DNA of 64,000 nucleotides, taken from Utricularia gibba (lineage: Eukaryota > Plantae > Magnoliophyta). Positions within the stretch are counted from its first letter, which is position 1, and each line of letters starts with the position of its first letter. A model generated the notes under the pieces. It was not told where the DNA came from and did not search any database. It saw nothing but the letters and a program-made list of their open reading frames with translations. Made by a program: the position numbers and the translations under genes. The stretch spans positions 2,976,001-3,040,000 of the forward strand of contig NEEC01000012.1 of NCBI GenBank assembly GCA_002189035.1. Reading direction: 5' to 3'. Below are positions 1-19,205 of the stretch, piece by piece.

Positions 1-271
1 TCGGAGGAATTGGCGGTGTTCATCATTTTGGAGCAACGTATCTTTTGATATAGAAAAACAAAGTGCAACTTTTCATCTTATATCTTCTTCTTCAACCTTT
101 AAAAACTGCTTTTTTATCATTTTTTAGCAGTTATTTATCAGGAATGAAGATTTTGGTTTGGTGTGGAGTTCGCTTAGCGCTGTTTCGTATGACAAGTTGT
201 ATTTATCCTGTGATTATGCCTCTGTTTATTGTGTTTAAATTTGCATGTCTTTCTTTTTGTTAGTGAACACG

Positions 272-2415
272 ATGATAAGAAAGGTGGATCTTCGGTCTGA
301 TACGGTGACCAAACCAACCGATACCATGCGGCTTGCAATGGCAAGCGCTGAAGTGGATGATGATGTTCTGGGTCATGACCCAACTGCTGGTCGCCTTGAA
401 AGAGAGATGGCACAAATTATGGGCAAGGAAGCAGCACTGTTTGTCCCTTCAGGCACCATGGCCAACCTTATCTGCGTGCTCACTCACTGCCAGGTCAGGG
501 GAAGTGAAGTTATTCTAGGTGATCGGTCACATATTCACGTTTATGAAAACGGTGGGATTTCGACAATTGGAGGGGTTCATCCTAAGACACTGAAGAACAA
601 TGAAGATGGAACTATGGATATTGACTTGATTGAAGCAGCAATACGAGATCCAACATCCCAATTTTATCCAACGACAAGGCTTATTTGCTTGGAGAACTCG
701 CATGCACTGTGAGTAATATACTTTTTGGTTTTCATTTATGGCAAATTAGTAGATAAAACACTGAGCCTATCTCCATGTGGAATAAATCATAGACGGCTTT
801 GGAGGGGTCAGTTCCCAAAGTTAATGTCTAGTAACTCTCCCTTTGCTGTATGGTATTGACTGCTTGGTTGCCTTGCAAAGTATGAATATTACTTTATTTT
901 GAGACGCCAAGTTTTAGTGTATTATCTTGGTAGCATCCTAATTGTGAATGTATCTTACTGCAGTTCTGGTGGTAGATGTTTAACCGCTCAGTATACAGAT
1001 GCTGTTGGAAAACTAGCGAAGAGACATGGAATAAAGCTTCATATAGATGGGGCTCGTATCTTCAATGCATCGCAGGTGCACTTAAACTTCTTGATTCTTG
1101 AAGTTATTATGTTTTATCACACTAAACATTTTTTTCAGGCTCTTGGAGTACCAGTCAAAAGGTTGGTGGAGGCTTCTGATTCAGTAACGGTACTCCATTG
1201 CATTCTTCTAAATTTTGTGTAACCAGTGGTATGTTTCATCTGTTTTGTGATATCATTTACACTTCTGACACACATGGATGATTCAGGCGTGCCTATCAAA
1301 AGGTCTTGGTGCCCCAGCAGGTACCATCATTGCAGGTTCAGAAACCTTCATTCAGAAGGTGAATAAGCTTCCATATTTTCCTTTGATATTTGAGTTTTTA
1401 AGTACTTTAACATCCATGTATGTTGCCCCAACTCCACCTTACAGGCTAGAGTTCTTAGGAAGACATTAGGTGGTGGCATGAGGCAGATTGGTGTTCTCTG
1501 TGCTGCTGGTTTAGTAGCGTTGGATGAAAATGTAGCGAAGTTACAAAGTGATCATAAGAATGCTAAGAGCCTGGCAGGTAGTTTCTCCATTCCGGGGTCA
1601 ATGCTTACTCCATATGTAATACTTCAGATTTTGTTCATGGGGCACTTTTTCATCTCTGTCTTAGAGGGTCTGAAGAGGATCAAGGGACTGAATGTTGATT
1701 TGATGTCTGTTGAGACCAATATTGTAAGATACATCACTCTATACCTTGAATGCAAGTAACACCATTATAACCTTGTACATGCTTTCAGGTCTTCGTAGAC
1801 ATCCTAGAAGCTTCGGGTATCACTGCAGATGACTTTGTTAAAAATCTAGAAGAGTATGGCGTGTATGGAATGGCTGATGGACCATTCAGGTGCAGTTTTC
1901 TTCAGCCATGCTTCTAATGTTGAGCATACACCTGATCTTCGTTTCAGTACTTCGGTAACTGGTTATGTTGTCCTTGCTTTCCTTCCACTTTGGTAGTTAG
2001 ATCTGCTCTAGTCTAATGCTCACACTTCTACCATCTCTCTAGTCCTTTAGTTAAACATTCCCTACGGGGGTCTCCCACAATAGAAATGCGAACACAAGCA
2101 CTCCTAGACTTGGATCCTTCTCCTCGAGTTGAAATCAACACCTTGTAACAAATGGAATGCATGTGGTTTCAGAGTTAGGTTCGTCACCCACCATCAGATC
2201 TCAGAGAAGGATGTGAAGTACACAATTTCTTGCGTCGAGGTAAAGAACTCAACTCTTCTCCTACATCAGGATATGAAACTCATGGTTGGTGTAGAGCTTC
2301 CTCAGTTTGATCTTCATTGCTCTTACAGAAAGCCCTTTGCTGTCAGCATAGTGAAACCGGCAAGCTGCTGATTGATCTCCAAACATCTCAGGTTGTTGCT
2401 ACTGCAACAGCTTAG
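272..2415 (+). CDS. THA1: Low-specificity L-threonine aldolase (PLP-dependent), 9 exons
   Basis: VDLRSDTVTKPT, LFVPSGTMANL, LHIDGARIFNA, CLSKGLGAP (PLP lysine), GGGMRQIG. GT-AG exons 272-708, 964-1075, 1139-1189, 1287-1358, 1445-1577, 1665-1723, 1789-1889, 2173-2239, 2329-2415 sum to 1119 nt, in frame. Confidence 0.93.
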
Positions 2416-3389
2416 GTTGAATCTTTAGTTGAATTTCTCCAAGCAGTGAACTCAGGATGATATATTTGTCTGTTTGTTTGTGGGTTGTCATTGAATTTGA
2501 GTGTTCCAATTCCATTCAATTTGTAGTACAAGTGTGAACCTAAAGACTCTTATAAACCCCTAAATCCTACAGACCTTTCTTTCATGTGTTTGGAAAAAAA
2601 TGCAGTTGTTCATGTACCAGCAGTACAGCATTAGTTTATAGGCAGACATTAATCTGCAGATCCTGTTTAGTATTAATTTACACGTAAATGCTGAGGAAAC
2701 ATTTTGAAGGGAACATGAAATAACAGTCTTGCAATTCTGAAATAGTAGTATGTATTTTCAGCTATTGTCAATGCTCATAAGAAACACTGAAGAGACAAAG
2801 AATCTAAAAGAATGGAGCCTTCATTTATACAGAAACGGATGCAAGTCAAGGTTCATCAGAAACCAAAGTCTAGAGCAGCAAGATGATGAAAAGAATTTTG
2901 AGGAAACCAGTGAACATTTGAAATGCTGAATCAAACAAGCTACTGCAGTTCCCGGTCTATCTCCTCATATCATCAGATGAATTGTTGTATTGAGCTGTAC
3001 AAAGTTTACGAGGACTTGCCTTCTTGAACAGACCACTGACTTTTTCAGTACCTGTATAATTTCCAGTACTGGTAGCAAGTGTGCAAAGCATTTCCAGAAT
3101 GATGTCCAAAAGTTTCTTTTTCAAAATGAACCTCATTATTGACATCCTCTTCATCGCTCAGGGGCATCATCTCTCTCTTTACTGGCAGTGAGGACGGAGC
3201 CCCTTCAGATTTACTCAAGGCCACAATACCCTTATGAGTCATCTTGTTCTCCTCATTTTTGGATGGCAAGCTATGATTAGCTGAGTCTATTTTATGAGAA
3301 GATGAACACCTTGATGCCTTAGCACCAGGGCCGGAACATGAGCCACAAACATGAATAGTAGAACTATAATTGCATCCATAAACAAGTTG

Positions 3390-6538
<3,149 letters not shown>

Positions 6539-7679
6539 CACTACTGATGAACACCAAAACAGTGAAGACTGGATTACGGAAATACCATGTAAAATACAGA
6601 ATAGCAAATCGGAGAAATCCTTAAGATCTCAAGACCCATATAATGAACTGGCATTCATACTAAACAACAACCGCTTCTCCCCTTTGAAACTCTGAGTCCC
6701 TGACCTTGTGCTCCGCAGAATTTCTATACAGGGACACATGAAACCTGAAACGATATCACCAGATCAATTAGCATGTGGCGAAACTCCACAAAAATCAGGA
6801 ACCAAACGCAATAAGTCAACAGCAGGCTAAAAAAAGTCTTGTAAAATCTGATGTAGCAGATCGGACCCCAACCGCAATTTTCACGTACGTTGACTTTTGG
6901 GCATATCAAGAACACTGTTCTTTATCCTGAAAAAACACGAGCTTCCTCATGGCGAGCCTTGATAGACAATAAATCACAAAGTTCAGTCACAATGCCACAG
7001 CAAATTCTATCTGGGAATATCCAGAAGGAGTTGAAACGTGGTACTCCTTTCTAGATCAGATAGAACCGAAAAAAATGTTATTGCCTACAAAGCAAGCAAT
7101 AATTCCAATGGAATTAACTGCCATTCGTGCCCTCTCACCCGCAATACTACTTTCTCTTTGCGCAAATGTGGAAAAACCCAGTTCTTGACAAGACCCTCCC
7201 TTGCCTGGTCTAATGCCATAAAACAGTTTCAGTTTTTCCTTTGGGAAGGATCAATCCCTCTTCTTCAAATCACATGATATTTTATTGAATATTTTATCCT
7301 TTTTTCATGCATCTGCTTGACATCACATTATCATACAACCCTACACACCGACGTGGGCCTTGGGCTTTGGAAATCGGCATGAACTTTCCGCGTAATTGCA
7401 CTTCTACCCCCAACCCAACTTGTATTTCCAATTCCGCCCCACGCGCTGGTGGTGGTCTTCTCCCATTTTATCCCCATTTCCTCCAAGCGGGTCTTCGCTT
7501 TTTCTGTGGCGTTTCTCTCACGACGCGTTCCCCGCTCCCCCAGCTTCTCTGTTCCACCGACTCGATTGTTTTTTTCTTGAAGATTGGGGAAAACCGATCG
7601 CCGTCTTGGGGGAGCTGAAGGAGCTTCGTGTTGCGGAATTGGAAGGAAAATTCGTACCCTTTTTTTTCTCTGGATCTCG

Positions 7680-8831
7680 ATGTCATCGACTTACTGGTGT
7701 CACAGATGCAGCCGATTCGTTAGAGTTTGGACCCAAGATTCCATTGTTTGCCCAGATTGCAGCGGTGGATTCGTTGAAGAGGTCGACACGTCTGCTCGAT
7801 TTTCTCTTCCCGATTCCAGGAGACGCCGATTTCCTGCTGCTGCTATGTATACGAGCACCCCGGTCTCCGATTCGGTGCCTCCCACGGGGTCGGGGTCCAG
7901 TTCTGGATCCGGATCCAGCCCGAGGCTTAGGAGAAGCCGCAGGCATGGGGGTGACCGATCACCGTTTAATCCAGTCATCGTCCTCCGCGGCCAGGCAGAC
8001 GCTGGGGCTGGGACTGCAGCGAGTGGTGGGTTTGAGTTGTACTATGACGATGGAGCAGGCTCGGGCCTTCGGCCGCTACCGGCGGCTATGTCTGAGTTCT
8101 TATTGGGTTCAGGTTTCGATCGGTTGTTGGACCAGCTGTCGCACATTGAGGCGAATGGGATTGCGAGAGCTGAGAGTAATCCGCCTGCCTCAAAAGCAGC
8201 TATAGAGTCTTTGGCCAAGATCGAGATTGTTGAGCAACATATTTCGGTCGAGTCCCACTGTGCAGTTTGCAAAGATGCCTTCGAGTTGGGAACCGAGGCT
8301 AGAGAAATGCCCTGTAAACATTTATACCATCAAGATTGCATTTTTCCTTGGCTTTCTTTGAGGAATTCTTGTCCAGTATGTCGTCATGAATTGCCAACTG
8401 ATAATGACAGTGTTGATGGTGCAATGAGCTCCGCTGAAACAAACAGAGGAGAAAACGAGATAGCAAACAATGATGAAATGGTAGGTTTGACAATATGGAG
8501 ATTACCGGGAGGTGGGTTTGCTGTTGGTCGATTTTCTGGTGGAAGAAGAGGTGGCGAGAGGGAGTTGCCCGTAGTTTACACAGAGATGGATGGTGGGTTT
8601 AGTAGTAACAATGGTGTACCTAGAAGAATTTCGTGGGGTTCCAGAAGTAGCATATCAAGGGATAGAAGTGGATTTAGAAGGTTTTTGAATAGTCTGTTTA
8701 CATGTTTTGGGAGAGGTGAGTCATCCAGTTCTAGCTCTAATCTCGATTCTAGAATTAGCCCAGGAAGTGGGCCTATGAACTCCATCCCAAGAAGGCGTAG
8801 AGGATGGGCTTTTGAATATGGAAGATGGTGA
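7680..8831 (+). CDS. RING-H2 E3 ubiquitin ligase with N-terminal zinc ribbon and DUF1117 (RDUF1/RDUF2-like), intronless
   Basis: [11 protein letters not shown]...[11 protein letters not shown]; [11 protein letters not shown]; [46 protein letters not shown]; [16 protein letters not shown]...[14 protein letters not shown]. Confidence 0.92.
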   Translation: MSSTYWCHRCSRFVRVWTQDSIVCPDCSGGFVEEVDTSARFSLPDSRRRRFPAAAMYTSTPVSDSVPPTGSGSSSGSGSSPRLRRSRRHGGDRSPFNPVIVLRGQADAGAGTAASGGFELYYDDGAGSGLRPLPAAMSEFLLGSGFDRLLDQLSHIEANGIARAESNPPASKAAIESLAKIEIVEQHISVESHCAVCKDAFELGTEAREMPCKHLYHQDCIFPWLSLRNSCPVCRHELPTDNDSVDGAMSSAETNRGENEIANNDEMVGLTIWRLPGGGFAVGRFSGGRRGGERELPVVYTEMDGGFSSNNGVPRRISWGSRSSISRDRSGFRRFLNSLFTCFGRGESSSSSSNLDSRISPGSGPMNSIPRRRRGWAFEYGRW

Positions 8832-9953
8832 GCAATGCTTCTATATTAAGAAAACTGCACTTTCCTGGCAATTGAACCAAATGCTCTCTATGTTCCTATG
8901 ATGAAATTGATGTGGGCTATGGAGCTCAGCTTTTACTAAAAAGATGGAGCTTTTATCTGGAGCCAGATCTTTCCACATATATATATTGGTTGACCTTAGA
9001 ATTGTGCTTGTGGGGATGATCACCCTTGGATGCATCCACCATCATGCTGCTCGCGCTTTCTGTATTCCCTCCACTTCATCGTCTGTGATTCTGTTGCAAT
9101 TTGCAAAACTTCAGACTCATATATGATTGATCATTAGCATTAATTTGGTACGTTGTTGGTTATGTCCAAGTCTGAGCCCAAATACATGCCCTTTGCTTTA
9201 CTTTACTTTTGAAATCAAACACTGCAGATTCCATTATGGTTGTCTCTCTTTACGTATTGTTGTGTTAACTGGAATCAGGGAAAGAAAAGAATTCCACCCA
9301 ACTTTACATGTGTGTAGCTACTGATGATAAATAGATAGTCTTCCTGAAATCCCTACGGTGGTGGTTACAATCGTCTTGGGCATGATCTGTAGCAAAGGTT
9401 TTTTGTCATTTGGGGCTTCAGGTTGCTTGCAATGGGATGCCGTGAGGCTCTTGTTTTGCTTCGCCGGCAGCCCATATGCAAAACACAACCGATGCTCAGT
9501 CTTGTTGTCCCGGAGGTCCAGTCCGGGAAACTTGCTGGCGGTCGGTCATACAAGGGTCAGCCAGCATAATATTCCCAGAGCAACTTCCGATCCACCGGTA
9601 ATTCCGGAAATATTTTTCCGATCTTGGTGTATAATATTGTCTTACCGGCCATATCACCGGAATTCCAGAATATTTTATTCCGATCCATCGGTAATTTTTA
9701 AATTCGAATTTTAAACAATGCTTTTAATAGCTCTGACCCGAACTCATATCGGGTGTTGCGTTTCATTGTGTTCCTATTTGTTTCATATTGGGCCTAGGCT
9801 AATAAATTCAGGCCTGGGCCTTCAGCCCAACCCGGCAGAAGTTGGAGATAGAGACGTTTCAGGCTCCTAGGTTGGCGGCGTTTCCTCTTCAATTGGCCTC
9901 GGAAAACGCTTCCACTGCAATCGGTGGTCTACCACAGTTCGCAACCGATCTCC

Positions 9954-11065
9954 ATGGCAAAAAATCGGGACCCCGCGCCGCAGCATGAATGTACTTCGGA
10001 GGAAGAGGAGTCTGGGTCCGAATCCGAGTCTGAATCAGAATCAGAGCGTGAGCCAACTCCGCCGCCTACAAAGGGCCGATCTAAACCGGCTACAACACAG
10101 ACACCGCAGCCGCAGAAGCCTCACGAGAAGTCGGAGGATAGTGACTCGGGGTCTGGTTCTGAGTCGGATGAGTCTAGCGACGATGAGGCGCCTTCGCAAC
10201 CTGAGCCCGTGGTGCAGAAGCCCGCTTCCGTGAAGAAGCCCACCACTACCCAGACTAGTTCATCTAAAGTTACGACTCCGGCTACGAAAGTGGCAGGCGT
10301 TAAACGAGCGGCCGAAACGAATGGCCAGAGTGTTAAGGATGCGAAGAAGGGCAAGACGAAAAATGATACGCTGGCAGAAACTGGTTCCAAGAGGTCAAAT
10401 TTTCAAAGGATTTGGAGCGATGATGATGAGATTGTTCTTTTGAGCGGAATGTTGGATTACATGGAGGAGAAGAAGGCTGACCCTTATGTAGAAATCACGT
10501 CTTTTCATGATTCTATTAGGGAGAGATTGCAGGTAACCGTGAATAAGGATCAATTGAGGAGTAAAATGAGAGCACTAAAGAGGAGGTTCACAAACAATCA
10601 GAGTAAAGAAGTGGATGGTGAAGATCGTGTCTTTTCCAAGCCACATGAACACTTGGCTTACCAGTTATCCAAAAAAATATGGGGAAAAGCGAGCATGGAA
10701 ACCTCAGTTGGTAGTCTCTGTCCCAAATTGCCACAGCAGCCAATAATTAGAAAGGAAAAGAGCGTTTCTGAGCATAGCAACGGTGTAATACCAGTCGAGG
10801 TCGCTGATGCTGTTAAAACGGGTGCAGATGGTGATACATTGCGGAAGTTTTCTAATCTCAGATCTAACTCTGGAGGTGCTCGGGACATGGAAGAGATGAT
10901 TCTGAAGATTGGAAGAGAGCTTTTTGAAGGGGGAAAGTGGTGGAAGGGAGTAAAGTTTGGAAGAATCTTGAACTACAGCAGATGGAGATCTATTTGGAGA
11001 CACTGCAGATAAAGACGGAACAGACTAGGCTGGTCCTCGATGGTTTGAAGTCACAGAACCTTTGA
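9954..11065 (+). CDS. GeBP/STOREKEEPER-like transcription factor (DUF573), intronless, apparent frameshift near 10929-10936
   Basis: Acidic/Ser-rich N-terminus, FQRIWSDDDEIVLLSGMLDY, QLRSKMRALKRRF, FSKPHEHLAYQLSKKIWG. The leucine-zipper-like tail WKNLELQQMEIYLETLQIKTEQTRLVLDGLKS lies in a shifted frame ending TGA 11063-11065; as written the ORF stops at 11012. Confidence 0.82.
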
Positions 11066-11564
11066 GTTATATACCAGTATAGCTGATTCTGCCTCAGGTC
11101 TGGCATGTCAGCTATCAGTTGGCTATCTGGTAGTCTACTTCAATTTAAGTAACCCTTTTATTGAACCCTCATTGTTGTTTTCTTGTGTTATGTTACACTA
11201 TTTCAGATTTTTCGATCTTCCCATCTTTCCCACTTTTAGAAAACTCTGGTTTTAATGAAGAAGCACTGCATTATCGACAAAATTGTATCTTGATGGTGGT
11301 TTTTTGAGTTCTAAGATTTTCTGTAGTCTTTAGTAAACTTAGAGCATGTGACCTACGAAGAAATGATACCAACATTCATGATGCGTAACGATCTCTGAAA
11401 TATATAGCTGATTTTAGTACAATATAAGCATATTCAACACCCTACAGGATACTTTTAAGACTGATTCGAACCTGGTGTAGGTGGTTTTTATGTTGTAGCA
11501 CGCTGTGCTATGGCAAGGACAGAGCTCTGTGCATGGTTCCTCAAACCGCCGCAGTGGGGAGCAT

Positions 11565-13034
11565 TCACTCTGTCTCTTGAAGCTTTTCCAACTCTCTGAT
11601 CACTTCTTCCATCCTCGGCCTGTATCTGGGTTCAGTGGCGATGCATTGCACGGTGAGAGTTGCAGCCCTCAAAGCTGCGCCTCGTGTGTATTGGCCATGT
11701 ATTCGTGAATCCATAACCTGGAGCACTCTCCTTTTGCTCGATAGGTATGGCTTCGCCCACTCGATCAGATTCTGCTCCCCAGGTGGCCGGTTTTTGTCGA
11801 TCACACGGCGACCGCTGAGCATCTCTAGAAGAACCACTCCGAAGCTGTACACATCACTTCTCGCTGTTAGATGCCCTGCACCATCAACAAAGTTTGCTTA
11901 CTGATTCCTTAATGGTTGCTAATCATGTACCGGTTTGTTTACCTGTAGCCATGTACTCCGGAGCTGCATAGCCGAAGGTACCCATGACTCTGGTTGATAC
12001 ATGGCTCTTTCCATCCGCTGGACCGTCTTTAGCTAATCCGAAATCAGATAGCTTGGCGGTGTAATCCTGCAAAGCCGAAGTTGGATCATTCTCAGAAGCC
12101 ATGTGTTTGTTTTGGAAACGAGTTTTGGTGATCAGGGTTCGTTCATACCACGTCCAGCAGAACATTGGAGGATTTGAAGTCCCTGAAAATCACTCTTGCT
12201 TCAGGGCTGTGAAGATATGCAAGTCCCCTTGCAGCTCCGAGAGCTACCCTCATCCTCAAGCTCCACGACAATGGCTGGAAGTGAGCCGAGCCTGAAAAGC
12301 GATTTGATTTCGAATCAACTCAAAAGGGTTGATAAGAAAGATGGATTCTGTTTGCGGCAAGCACAAATCAGATCAACTTACGCCTGAAGAGGTGATTCTC
12401 CAAGCTTCCACGAGGCATGAATTCGTAGACTAAAAGCCTGTGATCATCCTCTGCGCAGTAGCCTATGAGCTTAACCAGATTAGGATGCTTGAGTTGGCTC
12501 AGGTAGTTTATCTCCGTCTGAAATCCAATCAGTTGATCGAAAAAGAGGCATTAGAATCCACAAGAAACATGAAAACAAGAGCATATGTTATGTTGAGGTG
12601 TTACTCTACATACCAACCATTCTTTGTGACCCTGGGGGCCTTCTTGATTGAGTTTCTTTACAGCAATGACTAGCCCAGTTCCAGGCTTAGCAGCTTTGTA
12701 AGTATTCTCATCAATCCACCCTTTGAAAACGCTCCCGAAACCTCCTTCACCAAGCAAACTATCAGGCCTGAAGTTCCTAGTCGCAACTTTCAGATCATTG
12801 AAGCTCAAGTTTTTCAAACTCGTAAACGTCTCAGAAATATCAGGGGATGGATTCCGAGTTCGAGTCGGAGTTGCGGACGGCGAACGCCTGCTGCTTAAAT
12901 CCCCTGCAGCAGCAATCAGTAAACTCAGATTCAAACACTCGCTTTGAGAAAATTGGACTCGACTAGACAAATTAACAAACACCTTCTCTGCGATGAAGAT
13001 CATCAGTAACCTGAACGCTGCAACAGGAACCCAT
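11565..13034 (-). CDS. Receptor-like cytoplasmic kinase subfamily VII (BIK1/PBL1-like)
   Basis: MGSCCSVQ start (Gly2/Cys acylation-type motif), [103 protein letters not shown]; 6 exons with GT-AG sites. Confidence 0.92.
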
Positions 13035-13698
13035 ACTCCTCGGAGCACCCCCTGTTCAACAACGTCCCCTTCTCTTTCTTCGTAATAAAGAAGAAGGGGT
13101 TGTGTGAACATATGAAGCGATTTGAAGACAGGGTTTGACCCAAACCGGTTCACGGAACAGAAAAGCAAAAACAAGTTGCGACTTTTTGGCCCTCCGATAC
13201 CCTGTTCCTGGACACAGAAAGAGTCCCACTTCACAACTGGGAAAGTTCAAGGACGTGGAAACATGATGTAGGCTCATCGACTAAGCTGCAAGGATACGCG
13301 TTCATATTCAATCAACCAGTCAACGGAAGGGAAAAAAGAAATCCCCTTTTTCTGTTTTCATATTCAGTTTTCACATTTTTAAAGCGAAACCAGAGAAGAA
13401 CGTCCAAATACCACGAACAGTGAGAAAAGGGCGTCAACTAGGAGGACTCCTACTTTCTGTAAATCAAACAAATACCGTGAAGGCCTTGAAGATAAAGGCG
13501 ATACACACATGACGTCTTCTGAGCGAGGGGACCGCCGTAAAACGGAAACTACTAAAGAAATGCGAGCGTAGGCGTCCGTCTTCCTCCCCAGTAATTAACT
13601 GGCTGTAAACACCAACGGGATTCGGTATCGTTAGGTTACAACTGTACGTACGCCATTCGCCGATTGCTTCAAACTATATCTCCGACCTGGCAACCACT

Positions 13699-13752
13699 GG
13701 TGGCGGGTCCCGCCACCGCCACCGCCACCGCCACCGCCACCACCACCGCCAC
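13699..13752. repeat. (CGCCAC)n microsatellite preceded by a short perfect inverted repeat
   Basis: GGTGGCGGG-T-CCCGCCACC at 13699-13717, continuing as about 5 CGCCAC units plus degenerate copies to 13752. Confidence 0.85.
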
Positions 13753-14159
13753 GACTCTGGTTTTCTTGAGAGTAATATTTGAACAAAAACGAATTTGTTT
13801 CATTTTACCAATTTATGTATTCGAAATTATATGCCTCACAATATAATGAAAATTAATTAAAAATTTCGCACAATTAACATTTTCTCAAAAATAATCATTT
13901 TTTTAAACGTTTTTAAAATATGAAACCTTCCTAGGGACTTCATATTCACCTTATAACCAAACAGAAGTGGGAACACTGCAATAAGTAAAAATAGCCTCCT
14001 TGAGCAGACGGTTAAAAGAGTGCGATTTCAAGAGTAAGCTCAAGCTCCAACACGAAGCTTATTGGTATTCGGATGCCCCAAACAAAAGTGTGAACATAAG
14101 CATGGAACAACAAGTGGTGATGCTTGGCAGCATGTCTGCACTACCTGCATGAGCAAAAC

Positions 14160-16514
<2,355 letters not shown>

Positions 16515-17012
16515 TTCAATAATCGCAGGAACAAGGAAAATAGTCTTCGGAAGTGAAAATGGGTGCGCTTTAGAGTGAGAAAGCAGACAAAACCTCCCCG
16601 GAATAGGCTCTTAATCGTGGGGAGAAGAAAACCCGCATGCTCTTGCGGATCACGAGAGGTGGAATGTCTATAATACCCTTAACGCCGTTACGTAACACCA
16701 CGTGGCAGGGGCGGAATTGGAAATTCAAAAAATAGAAAAATACCTCCTCTTTTATTTCTAACACTTTCGGGAAACCTTATCCACAGTCCCAACATTTCCT
16801 TCTTACAAAATAATTATTTTAATTATTATCTTTTGAAAGATAATCACGAAATTTTTTTTTTAAAAAAACTCGTCGCATAAAATAAATAAATATATAATTT
16901 TATATTGTAATTATTTTTTTTGGACAGCGGGTGGATAATATTGCTCTAGTTAGTGGTGACGTGGGCCTACTCATTTTGCTTACAGTTCTCCATCCCGCTC
17001 CAGCGGCCACAT

Positions 17013-19205
17013 TCAGCTCAGCCTTGTAACGTGCACAGGATACCTCTTCTGTGTTCGCGTTGTTGGGAAGAAGACAACTTTATCTCTTTCTGCCTCCTCC
17101 CACCTGCGCCCCAGTCATAAGAAGAGCCACACATTACCATTTCATCATTCACAGCTTCTGATACATGATGCTGTGCGCATTGGATCACCCATAGAGCTCA
17201 CAATCCAATCCGCATGAGTTTAAAATACTGTATCACAGGGCATTGGATTGGATGGAAAGGTACCTGAATTGGGTGACCAGATGATGAAGGAAAACTGAGA
17301 TCATCACTCTGGCGAGCTCTGCACCGGGGCAACGCCTCGGCCCTCCTCCGAAAGGGGCGAAGGTGCTTGTGCCGGAAGTGCTCTGTAGCATAGAGCCAGC
17401 AGATTAAAGCCAGTATGTGTGGTGTTCTTGCTTCAGTGGGGGAATGAGGGACATCATTTGTAGGATCAGTGGTGTTCACCAGGGTGGTACCTGCCATCTC
17501 CATGGATTGAAGGTGCGAGCATCTTTGAAGTGGTGCTCATCCATGTGTACAGCTCGAAGAGAGGCGAAGAGCCTCCATCCCTTTGGAATGGTGTAACCTA
17601 TAGCACGCATATCAGGGTGCATTTGTGTGATCAAGGAAGAGGATCATCTGGATGTTATAATCTCACCCTTGATGTTTACATCCGTCGTGGCTCTTCGAAA
17701 TACGCCGCTGGTTATGTTTGCTACTCGTAGAGTCTCATTCACAACCTGATGGGATTAGGAAACAAAACCAGAAAGTCCTTATGAGAGAGGAGGAAGGTGC
17801 ATCTTAAGCTGCACTCTGTTGCAAATGACTCACACACTGAGTGAAGGACATAGATTTATAGTCATCCCATTGAAGAACCCGAGAGCCTTTTCTCGCCCTG
17901 ATTGCAGCATGCTCATCCTGCAACACGAAAGCAGGCTTTATGTCAGATAACAATGCATGACCGGCAGAGGAACAATGGTGCACTGCAGTCTAGTAGACCT
18001 TGAGCTGGGCCAATGCAAGGGGCGTATCGGTGAGGTACTTGACAGCAAGTGTCATGGTTGTGGAGGTTGTCTCGTATCCTGCAACCAACAAGGCTAACAT
18101 AAAATCCACTATCTCCTCATCTGAGAAGCCTACTTCATCAGCAAGGAGGGCATCCAGCATGTCCTCCTTGCGCTCTTCCCTTGCACTCCTCCTTTCCTTG
18201 ACCACGACGCCCAGGGCCTCTGCAACCTTGCCCCGAGCCTGATCAAGAAAACAGAAACAAAACATTATACAAGCAACAACTTTTTTCCAGTCCCCAAAAA
18301 TTCAACAGAGGTAACAAAATCAATACTTGGATGGCCCTCCTGTACGTAGGAGACAAGATGGGGTAAGGTATAGTGAAAAATCCTTCGATTACTAGCACAT
18401 ACTCTTGCATAAGCTTCTCTGTCCATTCGCATGGATCAACACTCATCAACAGCTTCACCGTCAACTGAAAAGTCATCTGCAGGAACGAGAAAAGAGATTC
18501 TCCTCATACGTTCTTAACATATTACAAAATTTTTGACTAATGCCAATGCAATCTACAGACTGCGGTGCCTAAATCTGAAGAGTAACAAGCCAAGGTATAG
18601 GCACATGGTTGTGGGTTCAGTTTGCTGTTAAAGCTGATTCGGCAATAAGTGCTACGAATTTTTTTCTGACAATTGGATTAGGAAAAAGGGGTTACCTTCT
18701 TGGCCTCGTCCATGAGGAAGACGTTGGCGGTCCAGGAATCTATGTTGCGGCGAACGAGAAAGTCGATATCAAGCATCAAATGATCCTTAATAATGGCGGA
18801 ATCAGCGAAACCCTTAGTGAAGGAATGCATCCTTCTGTGCAAACTCCCCTTCATGAGTACAAGCGAATGGCGCCCCAGCAAATTGGAGATGGAACCGGGG
18901 TAACTCGCCTCGAACAGCCTGCCCTCGTTATTCAAAATGAAGCGGTTCGTTTCGTGGTCGGCGGAGAAGACAGTGGGTTCGCCGAAGACATGGGTGGTGA
19001 AAACGTCGCCGTATCTAGAGACCCTTGCGTCGATGAAGGGCTCTGGGTTTTCCGTCTTGTAAGCGGAGATGAGCTGGAGTGTTTCTCCGATGAAGGGCAA
19101 CCCAAGGCTTCCAGGCGGCATCCGTGGCTTGCGGCGGTGGCGGAGGAGGAGGAGGAGGGAAAGGCATAGGCATAGGAGTCCGAGGAAAAGCGAGTAGATC
19201 TCCAT
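17013..19205 (-). CDS. CPD: Cytochrome P450 CYP90A1 (brassinosteroid biosynthesis), 8 exons
   Basis: [60 protein letters not shown] (ExxR), FNPWRWQ, heme motif [11 protein letters not shown]-terminal [13 protein letters not shown]. Confidence 0.94.

Noticed and set aside
7396-8205. 269-aa alternative-frame ORF overlapping the RING ligase
   Set aside because: Shadow ORF of a GC-rich exon; no recognisable motifs, while the RDUF frame is fully conserved.
9560-9720. Cluster of imperfect TTCCGATC/ACCGG repeats upstream of GeBP
   Set aside because: Too short and degenerate; no TIR or TSD found.
11400-11565. Possible missing C-terminal tail of the RLCK after LQETE*
   Set aside because: RLCK VII tails are variable; no homopolymer nearby and no recognisable motif in alternative frames.
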